Source: Candidatus Krumholzibacteriia bacterium
Lineage (GTDB): Bacteria > Krumholzibacteriota > Krumholzibacteriia > LZORAL124-64-63
Length of the DNA stretch: 64,000 bases
Assembly (NCBI GenBank): GCA_016744705.1
Contig: JADGDU010000014.1
Location: 22,820-86,819, forward strand
Direction of reading: 5' to 3'
Of the stretch, positions 20,005 to 29,123 are shown in pieces; positions within the stretch are counted from its first letter, which is position 1; every line of letters starts with the position of its first letter. The translations under genes and the position numbers were made by a program. Below the pieces are notes generated by a model, which saw only the letters and a list, made by a program, of their open reading frames with translations, searched no databases and was not told the DNA's origin.

Positions 20005-20715
20005 TCACGAAATGGTCCCTTTTAGATATTTCAATCTCAGCTCTTCAGGGAACTTTTCAATGGCGTATCGAAGCATGGTGCGGGGCATGGTGTGGAGGTG
20101 ATCCCGCAAAAAAACTTCTTCCGCTTCCCGGTTGCGGTTGCCAATTTCGCGCAACATCCAGCCGGTGATTTTGTGGATCAGATCATGTTCGTCATTTTTA
20201 AGGATGAGAGCAATGGACAAAGCATCAGCAAAATCATGCTGACGGATGAAGTGAAGAGTGGCCATCATAGCGATGCGTTTTTCCCACAATGAATCTGAAA
20301 CAGCCAATTGGTGAAGCAGGTCTCGGGGCCGATCCTGAAGCCAGGGGCCCACAATTAAATAAGCGGAAGAATCCACTAAATCCCAGTTGTTGATGTACTC
20401 GGTATTTTCCAAATACAAGTTGAAGATGGCTTGCTGGTGCTTCTCGTCGCTACGGGGAAATTGCCAAACAAGAACAAAGAGAGCCAGCAGGCGTTCTTCA
20501 TGAAAACGTGAATGCAGGAGGCTGGTGATTTGTTTCAGGGTCAGTTCACGGCACTGTCTGGCCATTTTTCTGGTTTCAGGAACGCGGATACCGAGGAAAA
20601 TATCTCCCTCGCCATATTGCCCAGGTGCGGTTTTAAAAAATCCCTGGGCGTGAGCTGCTTTATGAGGATCGCCAAGAGAGATCATCTCTTGGCGAATATC
20701 CTTTAAATTGGCCAT
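20005..20715 (-). CDS. DNA alkylation repair protein (AlkD family)
   Basis: GQYGEGD.FLGIRVP, NNWDLVD, LIHK..GWMLRE.G, MPRTMLRYAIE. Confidence 0.9.
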   Translation of the reverse strand: MANLKDIRQEMISLGDPHKAAHAQGFFKTAPGQYGEGDIFLGIRVPETRKMARQCRELTLKQITSLLHSRFHEERLLALFVLVWQFPRSDEKHQQAIFNLYLENTEYINNWDLVDSSAYLIVGPWLQDRPRDLLHQLAVSDSLWEKRIAMMATLHFIRQHDFADALSIALILKNDEHDLIHKITGWMLREIGNRNREAEEVFLRDHLHTMPRTMLRYAIEKFPEELRLKYLKGTIS

Positions 20716-20721
20716 AACTAT

Positions 20722-21300
20722 CTATCGGTAAAGGCTTTTGATGCCACCCAAGGTGGACCCTGTGGTGGGAACAGTGCAATCTCCATAAATGGTAGAGGAG
20801 GGGCCATCGCTTCGACTGACTCCAGCTATCATCAATTCTTCGTTTTCCAGTAATAAAGTGGGGAAATCTGGGTTAATGGAGCTTGGAGTGGTGCCGTGCA
20901 TGTAGAAATCCACAGGGTCGCAGCCATCATCATCCATGTACAAAACAGTGAGAGTAGCCAGAATATTGGCTTGCGTCATGGACGTGGGTTCGCCAAACCC
21001 GACGATGTTGTTACCAATAATACCAACATCGATGACTTGCGGGTTAGTATAAATCATGGATGTAAACAGAGCCGTGCCATCCATGTGGAAGCCCACCTCG
21101 AAGCCGTACAAAAATTCAAAGGTCGGGTTCACGAGAGTCAGGTACATGGTGACGCTGGAGAAGGGGGGAACATTATAGATGGAATAAACATCCGCGTCTT
21201 GATCGAAGTAGAATCCCATCATGTTGTCGCCTGGTTCCACAACGGCAGAAGAAGATGAAGCGATCAGCAGGAACGATAAAATTATGAACAGTTTTTTCAT
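20722..21300 (-). CDS. Secreted hypothetical protein (beta-sandwich) with the C-terminal motif
   Basis: MKKLFIIL signal peptide after GGAG; ends VPTTGSTLGGIKSLYR. Confidence 0.75.
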   Translation of the reverse strand: MKKLFIILSFLLIASSSSAVVEPGDNMMGFYFDQDADVYSIYNVPPFSSVTMYLTLVNPTFEFLYGFEVGFHMDGTALFTSMIYTNPQVIDVGIIGNNIVGFGEPTSMTQANILATLTVLYMDDDGCDPVDFYMHGTTPSSINPDFPTLLLENEELMIAGVSRSDGPSSTIYGDCTVPTTGSTLGGIKSLYR

Positions 21301-21533
21301 GATTTTCTCCCTAAAAATGATGAATGTCCCATGAGGCTCCATTCCAGATGAATGTCTGAAAACACTATCCCCCAAGCCTCAAGCTCTAGAGTTTTGCACA
21401 ATTGAGATATTAGGTCAATGATGACGCCTCAAACCAGGGAGGACTTTCGGGCTGGATTGGTGAGGTGAGTTGCCATACCATAGTTGGGAACACACAATTT
21501 AATCAGATCTTTCACAATTCAGGAGTTCTTTCC

Positions 21534-21827
21534 ATGACGAAACCCTTGACCATCGTAGCGACCATCCAGGCCTTGCCAGGCCATGAAAATGACGTCGAAA
21601 AAGCCCTTTTAGAGGTAATTCCACCCACTTTAGCTGAACCCGGCTGCATCCAGTATGATTTGCACCGTGATCTTCAAAAAACGGGCCTTTTCCTGTTCTT
21701 TGAGAACTGGTCTACCAGGGAAGAATGGGATGCACATATGGAATCGAGTCATTTGGCTGCCATGAAAAAAGCGACCGACGGAAAATTGGAAGAAACGATC
21801 ATTTTCCAGATGGCCAAAGTTGATTAA
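21534..21827 (+). CDS. Putative quinol monooxygenase (ABM family)
   Basis: EPGCIQYDLH, FFENW, HMESSH; RBS AGGAG. Confidence 0.85.
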   Translation: MTKPLTIVATIQALPGHENDVEKALLEVIPPTLAEPGCIQYDLHRDLQKTGLFLFFENWSTREEWDAHMESSHLAAMKKATDGKLEETIIFQMAKVD

Positions 21828-21850
21828 TAGTAGAATTGAGGATGGTGTTT

Positions 21851-24190
21851 ATGAAAAGACCCTGGCTTGGCAGTATCGCCACAACCCGCCTGTCCCTGTG
21901 GATCGGGTATGGTTTGCTGGGTTTGGTGGTCATTTCGGCGCCGGTGCTTGCTGCAAAGTTGGCGACCGTCCTACAAACGTCCCACTGGAGGCAGGTCACC
22001 GATCCGGTTTACCCTTTGCCTCCAGAAGAAGATGGTAGCCATGTGGTTTCGCTCACGGGCAGCCGGCCTATCAGTTTGGCCTCACCCCACCCGGATTTTG
22101 TACGTGTGGATGAATACACATTTAGCACACGCTTCCCCTGGAATTGGGATGGCGCCCGCACCGTCGTCTTTGCTGATGACCTGGGCGAAGAAACCACAGT
22201 GGAGGTGGCCCCTGGTTTAACGGTGCCCTTCGCACCTCTGGATCACGAAATCCCTGTGTTGCACATCTCTTGCGACTCCACCGCTCTCTGGGATCCCGCT
22301 GTTGGTATTTATTGCACCGGAAATTCCGAAAACTTCCTCCAGCGTGGATCCGACTGGGAACGCTCGGCCCGTTTTGAGTATTATTTACCCGGCTCAGGAA
22401 AAGTCATTGATGAGCCCATCGGTTTACGCATTCATGGGGGTTATGGGCGGTATTATTATCAAAAAGGTCTGCGCTTCTATTTCGATGATTATGGTAGCAG
22501 CGACCTTCTCAATTTTCCCTTCTTTGAGAGTGGCCCCACTCTTTTCGAACGTCTGATCGTTCGGGCCAGCCGTTATGACGACGCCTGCATCAATAGCAAT
22601 TTGGCGGAAACACTCTTCGCCGATTTGGGCCATCTGGCCAGTCGATACCAATTTGTGGCCCTCTACCTCAATCAGGAGTATTGGGGCGCCTACAGTTTGC
22701 GCGAACGTCTGGATGACGAATTTTTTCGAAGCACCTGGCAGCTGGGTTTTGGTGGTTTGAACATCATCAAGGATGGAGAAACCAAATATGGCAATGGTGA
22801 TAGTTGGTGGGATTTTCTGGAGAGCTTTTCCCAGGTTAACAACCCCAACAATGATCAGTGGTTTGATTCAGTCAGGACCAACCTTGATCTAGCCAGCTAT
22901 ATAGACTGGCAAATCATCAACATGTTCTGTGTAGCGGGAGACAATGGCTTTGCCTGGAATTTAGCCTTGTTCCAAACGGGTCAGGAACCCTGGCGTTTTG
23001 TAATGTGGGATGAAGATCTTTTGTTTGATTCCGACGATCTGAATACCAACATGTTTCGCTTTTTCACCAGCCGGAACGAAGAGGAGTGGAACCAGTATCG
23101 CGCCCCATCGGATCTGCGGGGTTGGAGCGCAGAAGACCAGCAATGGATGACCATGTTCCGCACTCTTTTGGGCAACGAAGATTTCCGCGATCTCTTCCGT
23201 GGGCGCCTGGAGCATCTGCTGGATGGGGCCATGAGCACGGACAACCTCATAGGCCGGGTCAACGGCCTGGCTGAAGACCAAATCCCCGAAATTCCAGGCC
23301 ATGCCCAGCGTTGGGAAGGCTTTGAAAGCCATTGGTACGAAAGTAACTTAGAGCGTACCCGTGGGTGGATAACGGAAAGACGCCCCCTATTCCTGGCCCA
23401 GGCCGATTCCTTTTATTCTGAATTTTCCATGCCCTCCCGATCCACGGATTTCACCGGCCTTTTCATCAATGAATTCTTAGCCAGCAACAACTCTTACGGT
23501 CAGGACGAAACCGGAGAATATGCCGGTTGGGTAGAGGTCTACAACGGTGGCTCTGCCGCCTTAAATCTGACGGGGTTGCACCTGACCAACGACCCAAATC
23601 AAACCACCAAATGGGAGTTTCCTGCGGTCATCCTGCCGGTGGGTGAGAGGTTGATTGTCTGGTGCGACGAAGATGCCGGCCAGGGTCCCTTGCACGCCAA
23701 TTTTGGGCTCAACAATATGGGTGGTTCCATTGGTTTGTATGGCCCTTTGGTCTTTGGCAATGAGGCCATTGATACCCGTGAATACGGACTGCAAACAACG
23801 GACGTGAGCGAAGGCCTGACCAATGATGGCGGCCACCTGTGGGCGGCTCTGGATCCCCCTACGTTCAACCGGGCTAACGGCGATTCCACCGATGTTCCGC
23901 CCTATGTGCCAGGAGGTGTGGTGTTCAATCAGAATTTCCCCAACCCGTTTAACGGGGGCACAACTCTGGAGTTTGGTCTTCCCCAGAGCGGTCATGTGCG
24001 CGTCAGTGTGTATGATGTTCGTGGCAGATTAGTCGGGACGATGGTGGATGAAAACCGGGCTGCGGGAATTCATTTGGTGCAGTGGGCGGGAGAGGATCAT
24101 TCTGGCCGGCCCCTGCCTTCAGGGCTGTATGTGGCTCGAATGCAATTTGGCGGAATAGAGAAGACCCGAAACATGACCTTGGTGCGTTAA
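21851..24190 (+). CDS. CotH-kinase family protein with lamin-tail domain and FlgD-Ig/T9SS-like C-terminal domain
   Basis: GLRIHGG, YLNQEYWG.Y.LRER, WRFVMWDED; INEFLASN..WVEVYN; PNPFN...TLVR; start uncertain. Confidence 0.85.
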   Translation: MKRPWLGSIATTRLSLWIGYGLLGLVVISAPVLAAKLATVLQTSHWRQVTDPVYPLPPEEDGSHVVSLTGSRPISLASPHPDFVRVDEYTFSTRFPWNWDGARTVVFADDLGEETTVEVAPGLTVPFAPLDHEIPVLHISCDSTALWDPAVGIYCTGNSENFLQRGSDWERSARFEYYLPGSGKVIDEPIGLRIHGGYGRYYYQKGLRFYFDDYGSSDLLNFPFFESGPTLFERLIVRASRYDDACINSNLAETLFADLGHLASRYQFVALYLNQEYWGAYSLRERLDDEFFRSTWQLGFGGLNIIKDGETKYGNGDSWWDFLESFSQVNNPNNDQWFDSVRTNLDLASYIDWQIINMFCVAGDNGFAWNLALFQTGQEPWRFVMWDEDLLFDSDDLNTNMFRFFTSRNEEEWNQYRAPSDLRGWSAEDQQWMTMFRTLLGNEDFRDLFRGRLEHLLDGAMSTDNLIGRVNGLAEDQIPEIPGHAQRWEGFESHWYESNLERTRGWITERRPLFLAQADSFYSEFSMPSRSTDFTGLFINEFLASNNSYGQDETGEYAGWVEVYNGGSAALNLTGLHLTNDPNQTTKWEFPAVILPVGERLIVWCDEDAGQGPLHANFGLNNMGGSIGLYGPLVFGNEAIDTREYGLQTTDVSEGLTNDGGHLWAALDPPTFNRANGDSTDVPPYVPGGVVFNQNFPNPFNGGTTLEFGLPQSGHVRVSVYDVRGRLVGTMVDENRAAGIHLVQWAGEDHSGRPLPSGLYVARMQFGGIEKTRNMTLVR

Positions 24191-24197
24191 AAAAAAC

Positions 24198-24240
24198 CTG
24201 CCAGTTTCAAATTGCCAAATTGAGCAATCCACACTGGCAG
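24198..24240. terminator. Hairpin between convergent genes
   Basis: CTGCCAGT...ACTGGCAG inverted repeat, preceded by an A-run (U-tract for the minus-strand glnA). Confidence 0.5.
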
Positions 24241-24254
24241 GGTCCCATCTCTTC

Positions 24255-25700
24255 TTAGAACCGATTCCATAACATTTGGTTGGTCACTTCATGGTGGAAC
24301 ATGATCTCCGCCCGTTTGATGCGGTTGCCCAGTTCGCGGGGGCATCTGTGAGCGGCCATTTCCTTCAGTTCCAGATATTTGATATGACTGTCCTCGCCCA
24401 TGACCTTTTTGAGCCAGGCGCTGCGCCGGTGTTCAACCATGGCATCGTTAATGTTGCTGGGCAGCAAACGTTTGCGGATGCGTTTGGGTTTTGGTGCATT
24501 GGCGTCAGGTTCAGGGCCTTCCAGGCCGGTTCGCAACAGGGAATAGATCAACAGGTAGGGATTCGAGTCCGGGCCTACAGAGCGCACTTCCAGGCGCTGG
24601 CCTGCGGGGCTGGCGTAGGGAATGCGGATCATGGAGGTGCGATCCACAGCACTGGAATTGATCTCATTGGGAGCTTCAAAGTTGGGGTCCAGGCGACGGT
24701 AGGCATTCACGCTGGCGTTGAGAATGAGGCAAAGATCTTCGGCGCTGTGCAAGATTCGCCGGATGAACTGTTGGCCACTGTCGGACATGCAATTTTCGCC
24801 ATCAGCATCGTAAAAAGTATTCTTTCCATTTTGGGAAATGCTGATGTTGGTGTGCATACCGCTGCCATTGATGCCGGTGATGGGCTTGGGCAGGAAAGAG
24901 GCGGTCATGTCCATGGTTTGGGCTACCTGACGGCACAGGAGTTTATAAAGCTGGATGCGGTCGGCGGCAATTAAGGCCGGAGCATATTTGTAGTTCATTT
25001 CGAATTGAGAAGGCCCCACTTCGGGGTGATCTTTTTCATTCTCAAAACCCATGGCACGTTGCACTTCGGCGGCGGCATCGATGAATTTGCGCAGGGGATC
25101 CTGGGGCAGGCTGTTGAAATACCCGCCCGAAGAAATAAGCTCGAAGTTTCCGGTGCGGTAGAATGTACGTTCAGCATCCCGCTGGTTAAAAAGAAAGCCT
25201 TCGGTTTCGGTGGCGAAGTTGGCCACGATGCCTTCGTTGCGGTACAAGTCACGAGTATAGGCCAGCAAACGACCCCGGAAATCGGACTCGTAGGGCTGGC
25301 CATCACGGCCCAACACATGCCCAAAAACAAGCACCTTGCCAGGGCCAAAAATATCTGCAGGCATCCAATAAAAAGCCCGCCAGTCGATTTCCAGCTGCAG
25401 GTCACTTTCGGCAATTTTTGTGAAGCCGCGGATGGATGATCCATCAAAAGTCAGCTGGTCAGAGGACAGTAGGTATTTTTTGTCATAATCCAGCATATGA
25501 AGACGGCCCTCAAGGTCGGTAAAGGCTACGGTCACCGCCTTAATACGCTTTTCGCTCTCCAGATAGCTGCGCCGCTCCGCTTCCACTTTATCCATGGGGA
25601 TCCATTGTTCCTGGTATTCTTTGGACTGAAGATTGAGTTCTTCCAACCGTTCATAAGGGATTTCCAAAAATTCACGCAATGGGGCATTGGACATATTCAT
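24255..25700 (-). CDS. glnA: Glutamine synthetase type I
   Basis: FDGSSIRGF, ETEGF, HPEV..QFE, PKPITGINGSGMH, YRRL.P.FEAP, R.S.IRIP, RLEVRS. Confidence 0.92.
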   Translation of the reverse strand: MNMSNAPLREFLEIPYERLEELNLQSKEYQEQWIPMDKVEAERRSYLESEKRIKAVTVAFTDLEGRLHMLDYDKKYLLSSDQLTFDGSSIRGFTKIAESDLQLEIDWRAFYWMPADIFGPGKVLVFGHVLGRDGQPYESDFRGRLLAYTRDLYRNEGIVANFATETEGFLFNQRDAERTFYRTGNFELISSGGYFNSLPQDPLRKFIDAAAEVQRAMGFENEKDHPEVGPSQFEMNYKYAPALIAADRIQLYKLLCRQVAQTMDMTASFLPKPITGINGSGMHTNISISQNGKNTFYDADGENCMSDSGQQFIRRILHSAEDLCLILNASVNAYRRLDPNFEAPNEINSSAVDRTSMIRIPYASPAGQRLEVRSVGPDSNPYLLIYSLLRTGLEGPEPDANAPKPKRIRKRLLPSNINDAMVEHRRSAWLKKVMGEDSHIKYLELKEMAAHRCPRELGNRIKRAEIMFHHEVTNQMLWNRF

Positions 25701-25753
25701 GGGAAGGGCTTCTTTCGGGATAGTTGGACATGTGTAGTTTTGGTTGATTGGCT

Positions 25754-25762
25754 ATTATAACA
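25754..25762 (-). promoter_or_regulatory. Extended -10 element for glnA
   Basis: Minus-strand TGTTATAAT about 55 nt upstream of the start. Confidence 0.5.
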
Positions 25763-25992
25763 CAATTGTCGACAGAAATAACGCTAAACTTAAATAAAAA
25801 ACCTAGTTTTGCCGTAAAAGCCTTAGCGGAACGCCAGACGGGCCCCGTTTTAAGCATAGTTCCCATTGCAAAATGCATGAAGTGAATGGCTAATTAAAAC
25901 TAGAACTTCAAAATTGTGGAGAAAAATGGTATGATATGTAGCTTCCGCAGCCTCATTTCTCCATTTGGAGAGGATTTCCTGAAGGGACAAGA

Positions 25993-27900
25993 ATGTCTTC
26001 CATCACCAAGCCGGTCATAGCAATTTGCCTTCTATTGACAGCCTCTCTGGCTGGCGCCCAGAGCCTTCCCGATGATGAATCAAGCATGTTCACTGGCTCG
26101 GGAAATTGTGCCATGTGCCATTCCAGCGATGGTTCGTCTAACACTGAAAACGGCGTCGACATCTCCATGCCCACCCAATGGCGGAGCACCATGATGGCAA
26201 ATTCTGCCAGGGACCCTCTGTGGCGTGCCAAGGTTTCAGCTGAAATTGACGAATTTCCCCATTTGCAGGAACACATTGAAGCCACTTGCACCCGGTGTCA
26301 TGCCCCCATGGCTCACGAACAAGCTATGCATGACGGCCAAGCCAATTATTCCCTGGCAGAAATGGAGAGCAACCCGCTGGCTCTTGATGGAGTCAGTTGC
26401 ACTCTTTGCCACCAGATAGAGCCGGATAATTTTGGCTTACCCCAGAGTTATTCAGGAAACTTTGAGCTTGATGAAGTGCGTCAGATTTACGGGCCATACA
26501 CCAGTCCCTTAACTGGCCCCATGATGAACAATTCCAATTTCACTCCGGAGTATGCCCAACACCTGGGAGAGTCGGAACTTTGCGCCACCTGCCACACTCT
26601 GTTCACGGAATCAGTGGACGATGATGCCCAACTGCGGGGTGCCTTCCCTGAACAGACTCCGTATTTGGAATGGAAGAACAGCACCTTTGGGCAGAACAAT
26701 GTAGCTTGCCAGGCTTGCCATATGCCCGTGGCCAATACGGCCCAGGATATTGCCACCCGACCTGGTTGGCACAACGTCACTCGTGAACCCTATGCCAAAC
26801 ACGAATTTGTGGGGGCTAATGAGTTCATGTTGAATATTTTGAAAAGCAACATCAGCGAGTTAGGCCTTTCGGCTTCAGAGGCCCAATTCGAAGCCACCTT
26901 GGACCGTACCCGGGATATGCTGGAAAATCAGACTGTGGGTTTGTCGGCCATGCACAATCTGGTGGGCGATACCTTAGCTATTGATTTGAGGGTGGAAAAT
27001 TTCTGTGGCCACAAACTGCCTACGGGTATTCCTTTGCGCCGCATGTGGGTGCATTTGAAAGTTGTGAGTGGTGAAGAAGAACTCGTTTTTGAATCGGGAA
27101 ATTGGGATGAAAACGGAGAAGTAGTCGGCCTTGATGAGGGATACGAGCCCCACCACAACATGATCAATGACCCGGACCAGGTTCAGATTTACGAACCGAT
27201 CATGATGGATGCCAACGGTGACCAGACGCACACTCTTCTGCGAGCTTCGGCTTACCTCAAAGACAATCGTTTGCCCCCCATGGGATTCACTTCCAGTCAC
27301 ACCGCTTACGATAGCACCGCCATTGAAGGGCTGGCCCTTCAGGATCCTGATTATAATATCAGCAACGGTGCCGAGGGCAGTGGTTCGGATATCGTCCACT
27401 ACCGTATTCCTGTCACTTCGCAGGGGCCGTTCAGGGTTGAAGTTCAAGCGTGTTATCAAACTCTTTCGCCCCGGATGTTTGCGGACATCGCTTCTCATGA
27501 TACTCCTGAAGTGCATGTCTTTGCTCCCATGTATGAATCGGCGGACAAGGCCCCTTCCATACTGGGCAATCTGACTCTCACAATCGACACTGTTTCAGGG
27601 GTGGAGCACGGCAGCTTGCCCCTTCCGCTTCGCCTGAACCAGAACGTACCCAATCCCTTTAATCCGGCCACCCTGATTTCCTATGATCTGAGAAGCCAAC
27701 AAGCAGTGCGGTTGGATATTTTTGACATGTCCGGCCAGTTGGTACGGCACCTGGTTTCAGAAACCCAAGCGGCCGGGTCATACAGCACGCTTTGGAATGG
27801 CGCCGATGATCACGGTGGGGCCGTGGCCTCGGGTCTGTACCTTTACCGGCTTAGTGCGGGGGAGCATCAGGAAAGCCGGCGCATGACGTTGGTGCGTTGA
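25993..27900 (+). CDS. Secreted pentaheme c-type cytochrome with FlgD-Ig/T9SS-like C-terminal domain
   Basis: Signal peptide; CAMCH, CTRCH, CTLCH, CATCH, CQACH; GHKLPTG; PNPFN...TLVR. Confidence 0.9.
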   Translation: MSSITKPVIAICLLLTASLAGAQSLPDDESSMFTGSGNCAMCHSSDGSSNTENGVDISMPTQWRSTMMANSARDPLWRAKVSAEIDEFPHLQEHIEATCTRCHAPMAHEQAMHDGQANYSLAEMESNPLALDGVSCTLCHQIEPDNFGLPQSYSGNFELDEVRQIYGPYTSPLTGPMMNNSNFTPEYAQHLGESELCATCHTLFTESVDDDAQLRGAFPEQTPYLEWKNSTFGQNNVACQACHMPVANTAQDIATRPGWHNVTREPYAKHEFVGANEFMLNILKSNISELGLSASEAQFEATLDRTRDMLENQTVGLSAMHNLVGDTLAIDLRVENFCGHKLPTGIPLRRMWVHLKVVSGEEELVFESGNWDENGEVVGLDEGYEPHHNMINDPDQVQIYEPIMMDANGDQTHTLLRASAYLKDNRLPPMGFTSSHTAYDSTAIEGLALQDPDYNISNGAEGSGSDIVHYRIPVTSQGPFRVEVQACYQTLSPRMFADIASHDTPEVHVFAPMYESADKAPSILGNLTLTIDTVSGVEHGSLPLPLRLNQNVPNPFNPATLISYDLRSQQAVRLDIFDMSGQLVRHLVSETQAAGSYSTLWNGADDHGGAVASGLYLYRLSAGEHQESRRMTLVR

Positions 27901-27927
27901 GTCTTTTCGCATTCAAGGAGGACAATC

Positions 27928-28143
27928 ATGCCTTATGTGAACATCAAGGTGACCAAAGAAGGAATCACCTCAGAACAAAAAGCCGAATTGATCAAAGGAG
28001 CCACTGATCTACTGGCGCGGGTTTTGGGAAAAAACCCAGCCACCACGGTGGTTGTTATCGATGAAGTGGAAACTGACAACTGGGGTATTGGGGGGGAAGC
28101 GGTCACAGTGCTGCGCCAGCGATCCAGGCAAAATCGGAACTAA
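27928..28143 (+). CDS. 4-oxalocrotonate tautomerase family protein
   Basis: Pro1 after Met (MPYVNIK), EQKAELI, NWGIGG; RBS AAGGAGG. Confidence 0.9.
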   Translation: MPYVNIKVTKEGITSEQKAELIKGATDLLARVLGKNPATTVVVIDEVETDNWGIGGEAVTVLRQRSRQNRN

Positions 28144-28166
28144 ATGGTGAACAAATGGTGTTTTGG

Positions 28167-28343
28167 GTGGCCCAGCCCCTTGGTGGTGGCATTCCGGTTG
28201 TGCCACCTTAGCCATACTGCAAGGGTTGGACGCTGAAAATTCCTGGCCACCCTGGGCGGCAAACATTGGGTGATTTGGTAATCTCCCTTGCTTCACCCCT
28301 CCTTTGGTGGCTTTATTGGGGTGAAACAGCGTCCAGGGCCCAC
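28167..28343. ncRNA. Candidate structured RNA of unknown family
   Basis: Six mutually nested perfect helices of 5-9 bp within the intergenic gap (see findings). Confidence 0.4.
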
Positions 28344-28362
28344 GTGAAAAGAGTTTTCCCAA

Positions 28363-29115
28363 ATGAAGAAAATGATCGCCAAAAACGGGAAACGCTTCCT
28401 TGAGAAGTTGATCTTTCAAGCTCGTAAAACGTTGGTGGAACCGGGTCTGAACCCCAAGCGGGATTCTCTGATCATGCCCTGGGCTACCTACAGTCCCTGG
28501 TTACTGGATCAGAATTTTCAGACCTGCCACGCCATCATCAAAGATTACACACTGGTGGACCTATATCGTTGTTATGAATTGTGGCATTTGCTGAAACAGG
28601 TGTCCGGCCTTCCTGGCGACGTTCTGGAAGTTGGCACCTGGCGCGGGGGCACTGGCGGGCTTTTGGGCCGACGAGCCAAAGAACTGAATCTGGATTGCGA
28701 AGTTTTCCTGTGCGACACCTTTGAGGGTGTTGTGAAAACCGGAGCCAAGGACGAGACCTACAGTGGTGGCGAACATGCCGATACATCTCTGCCCACTGTG
28801 GAAGAATTGACCGGAAAACTGGAGCTTTCCAATATTAAAATTCTCCAGGGGATTTTTCCCGAAGACACCGCCCACCATATTGAAGATCGCAAATTCCGGT
28901 TCTGCCATATCGATGTGGATGTGTACCAATCTGGTAAAGATATTCTGGATTGGGTGTGGTCCCGAATGGACGTAGGCGCGGTCGTGGTCTTTGATGATTT
29001 TGGCTTTGCGAGCACCACCGGCATCACCAAGTTGGTGCACGAAGAAGAAACCCGTGACGATTTGATTTGCGTGCAAAATGTTAACGGGCATGCCGTTTTT
29101 ATTAAGACCCGGTAG
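28363..29115 (+). CDS. TylF/MycF-family O-methyltransferase
   Basis: GDVLEVGTWRGG, DTFEG, G.FP, HIDVDVY, VVFDDFG. Confidence 0.88.
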   Translation: MKKMIAKNGKRFLEKLIFQARKTLVEPGLNPKRDSLIMPWATYSPWLLDQNFQTCHAIIKDYTLVDLYRCYELWHLLKQVSGLPGDVLEVGTWRGGTGGLLGRRAKELNLDCEVFLCDTFEGVVKTGAKDETYSGGEHADTSLPTVEELTGKLELSNIKILQGIFPEDTAHHIEDRKFRFCHIDVDVYQSGKDILDWVWSRMDVGAVVVFDDFGFASTTGITKLVHEEETRDDLICVQNVNGHAVFIKTR

Positions 29116-29123
29116 AGACCGCC

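Noticed and set aside
28228..28260. Possible cobalamin riboswitch (GCTGAAAATTCC)
   Set aside because: No AGGGAA, GCCCCCGC-AACTGT, GCCACTG or B12-box elements, and the downstream gene is unrelated to B12.
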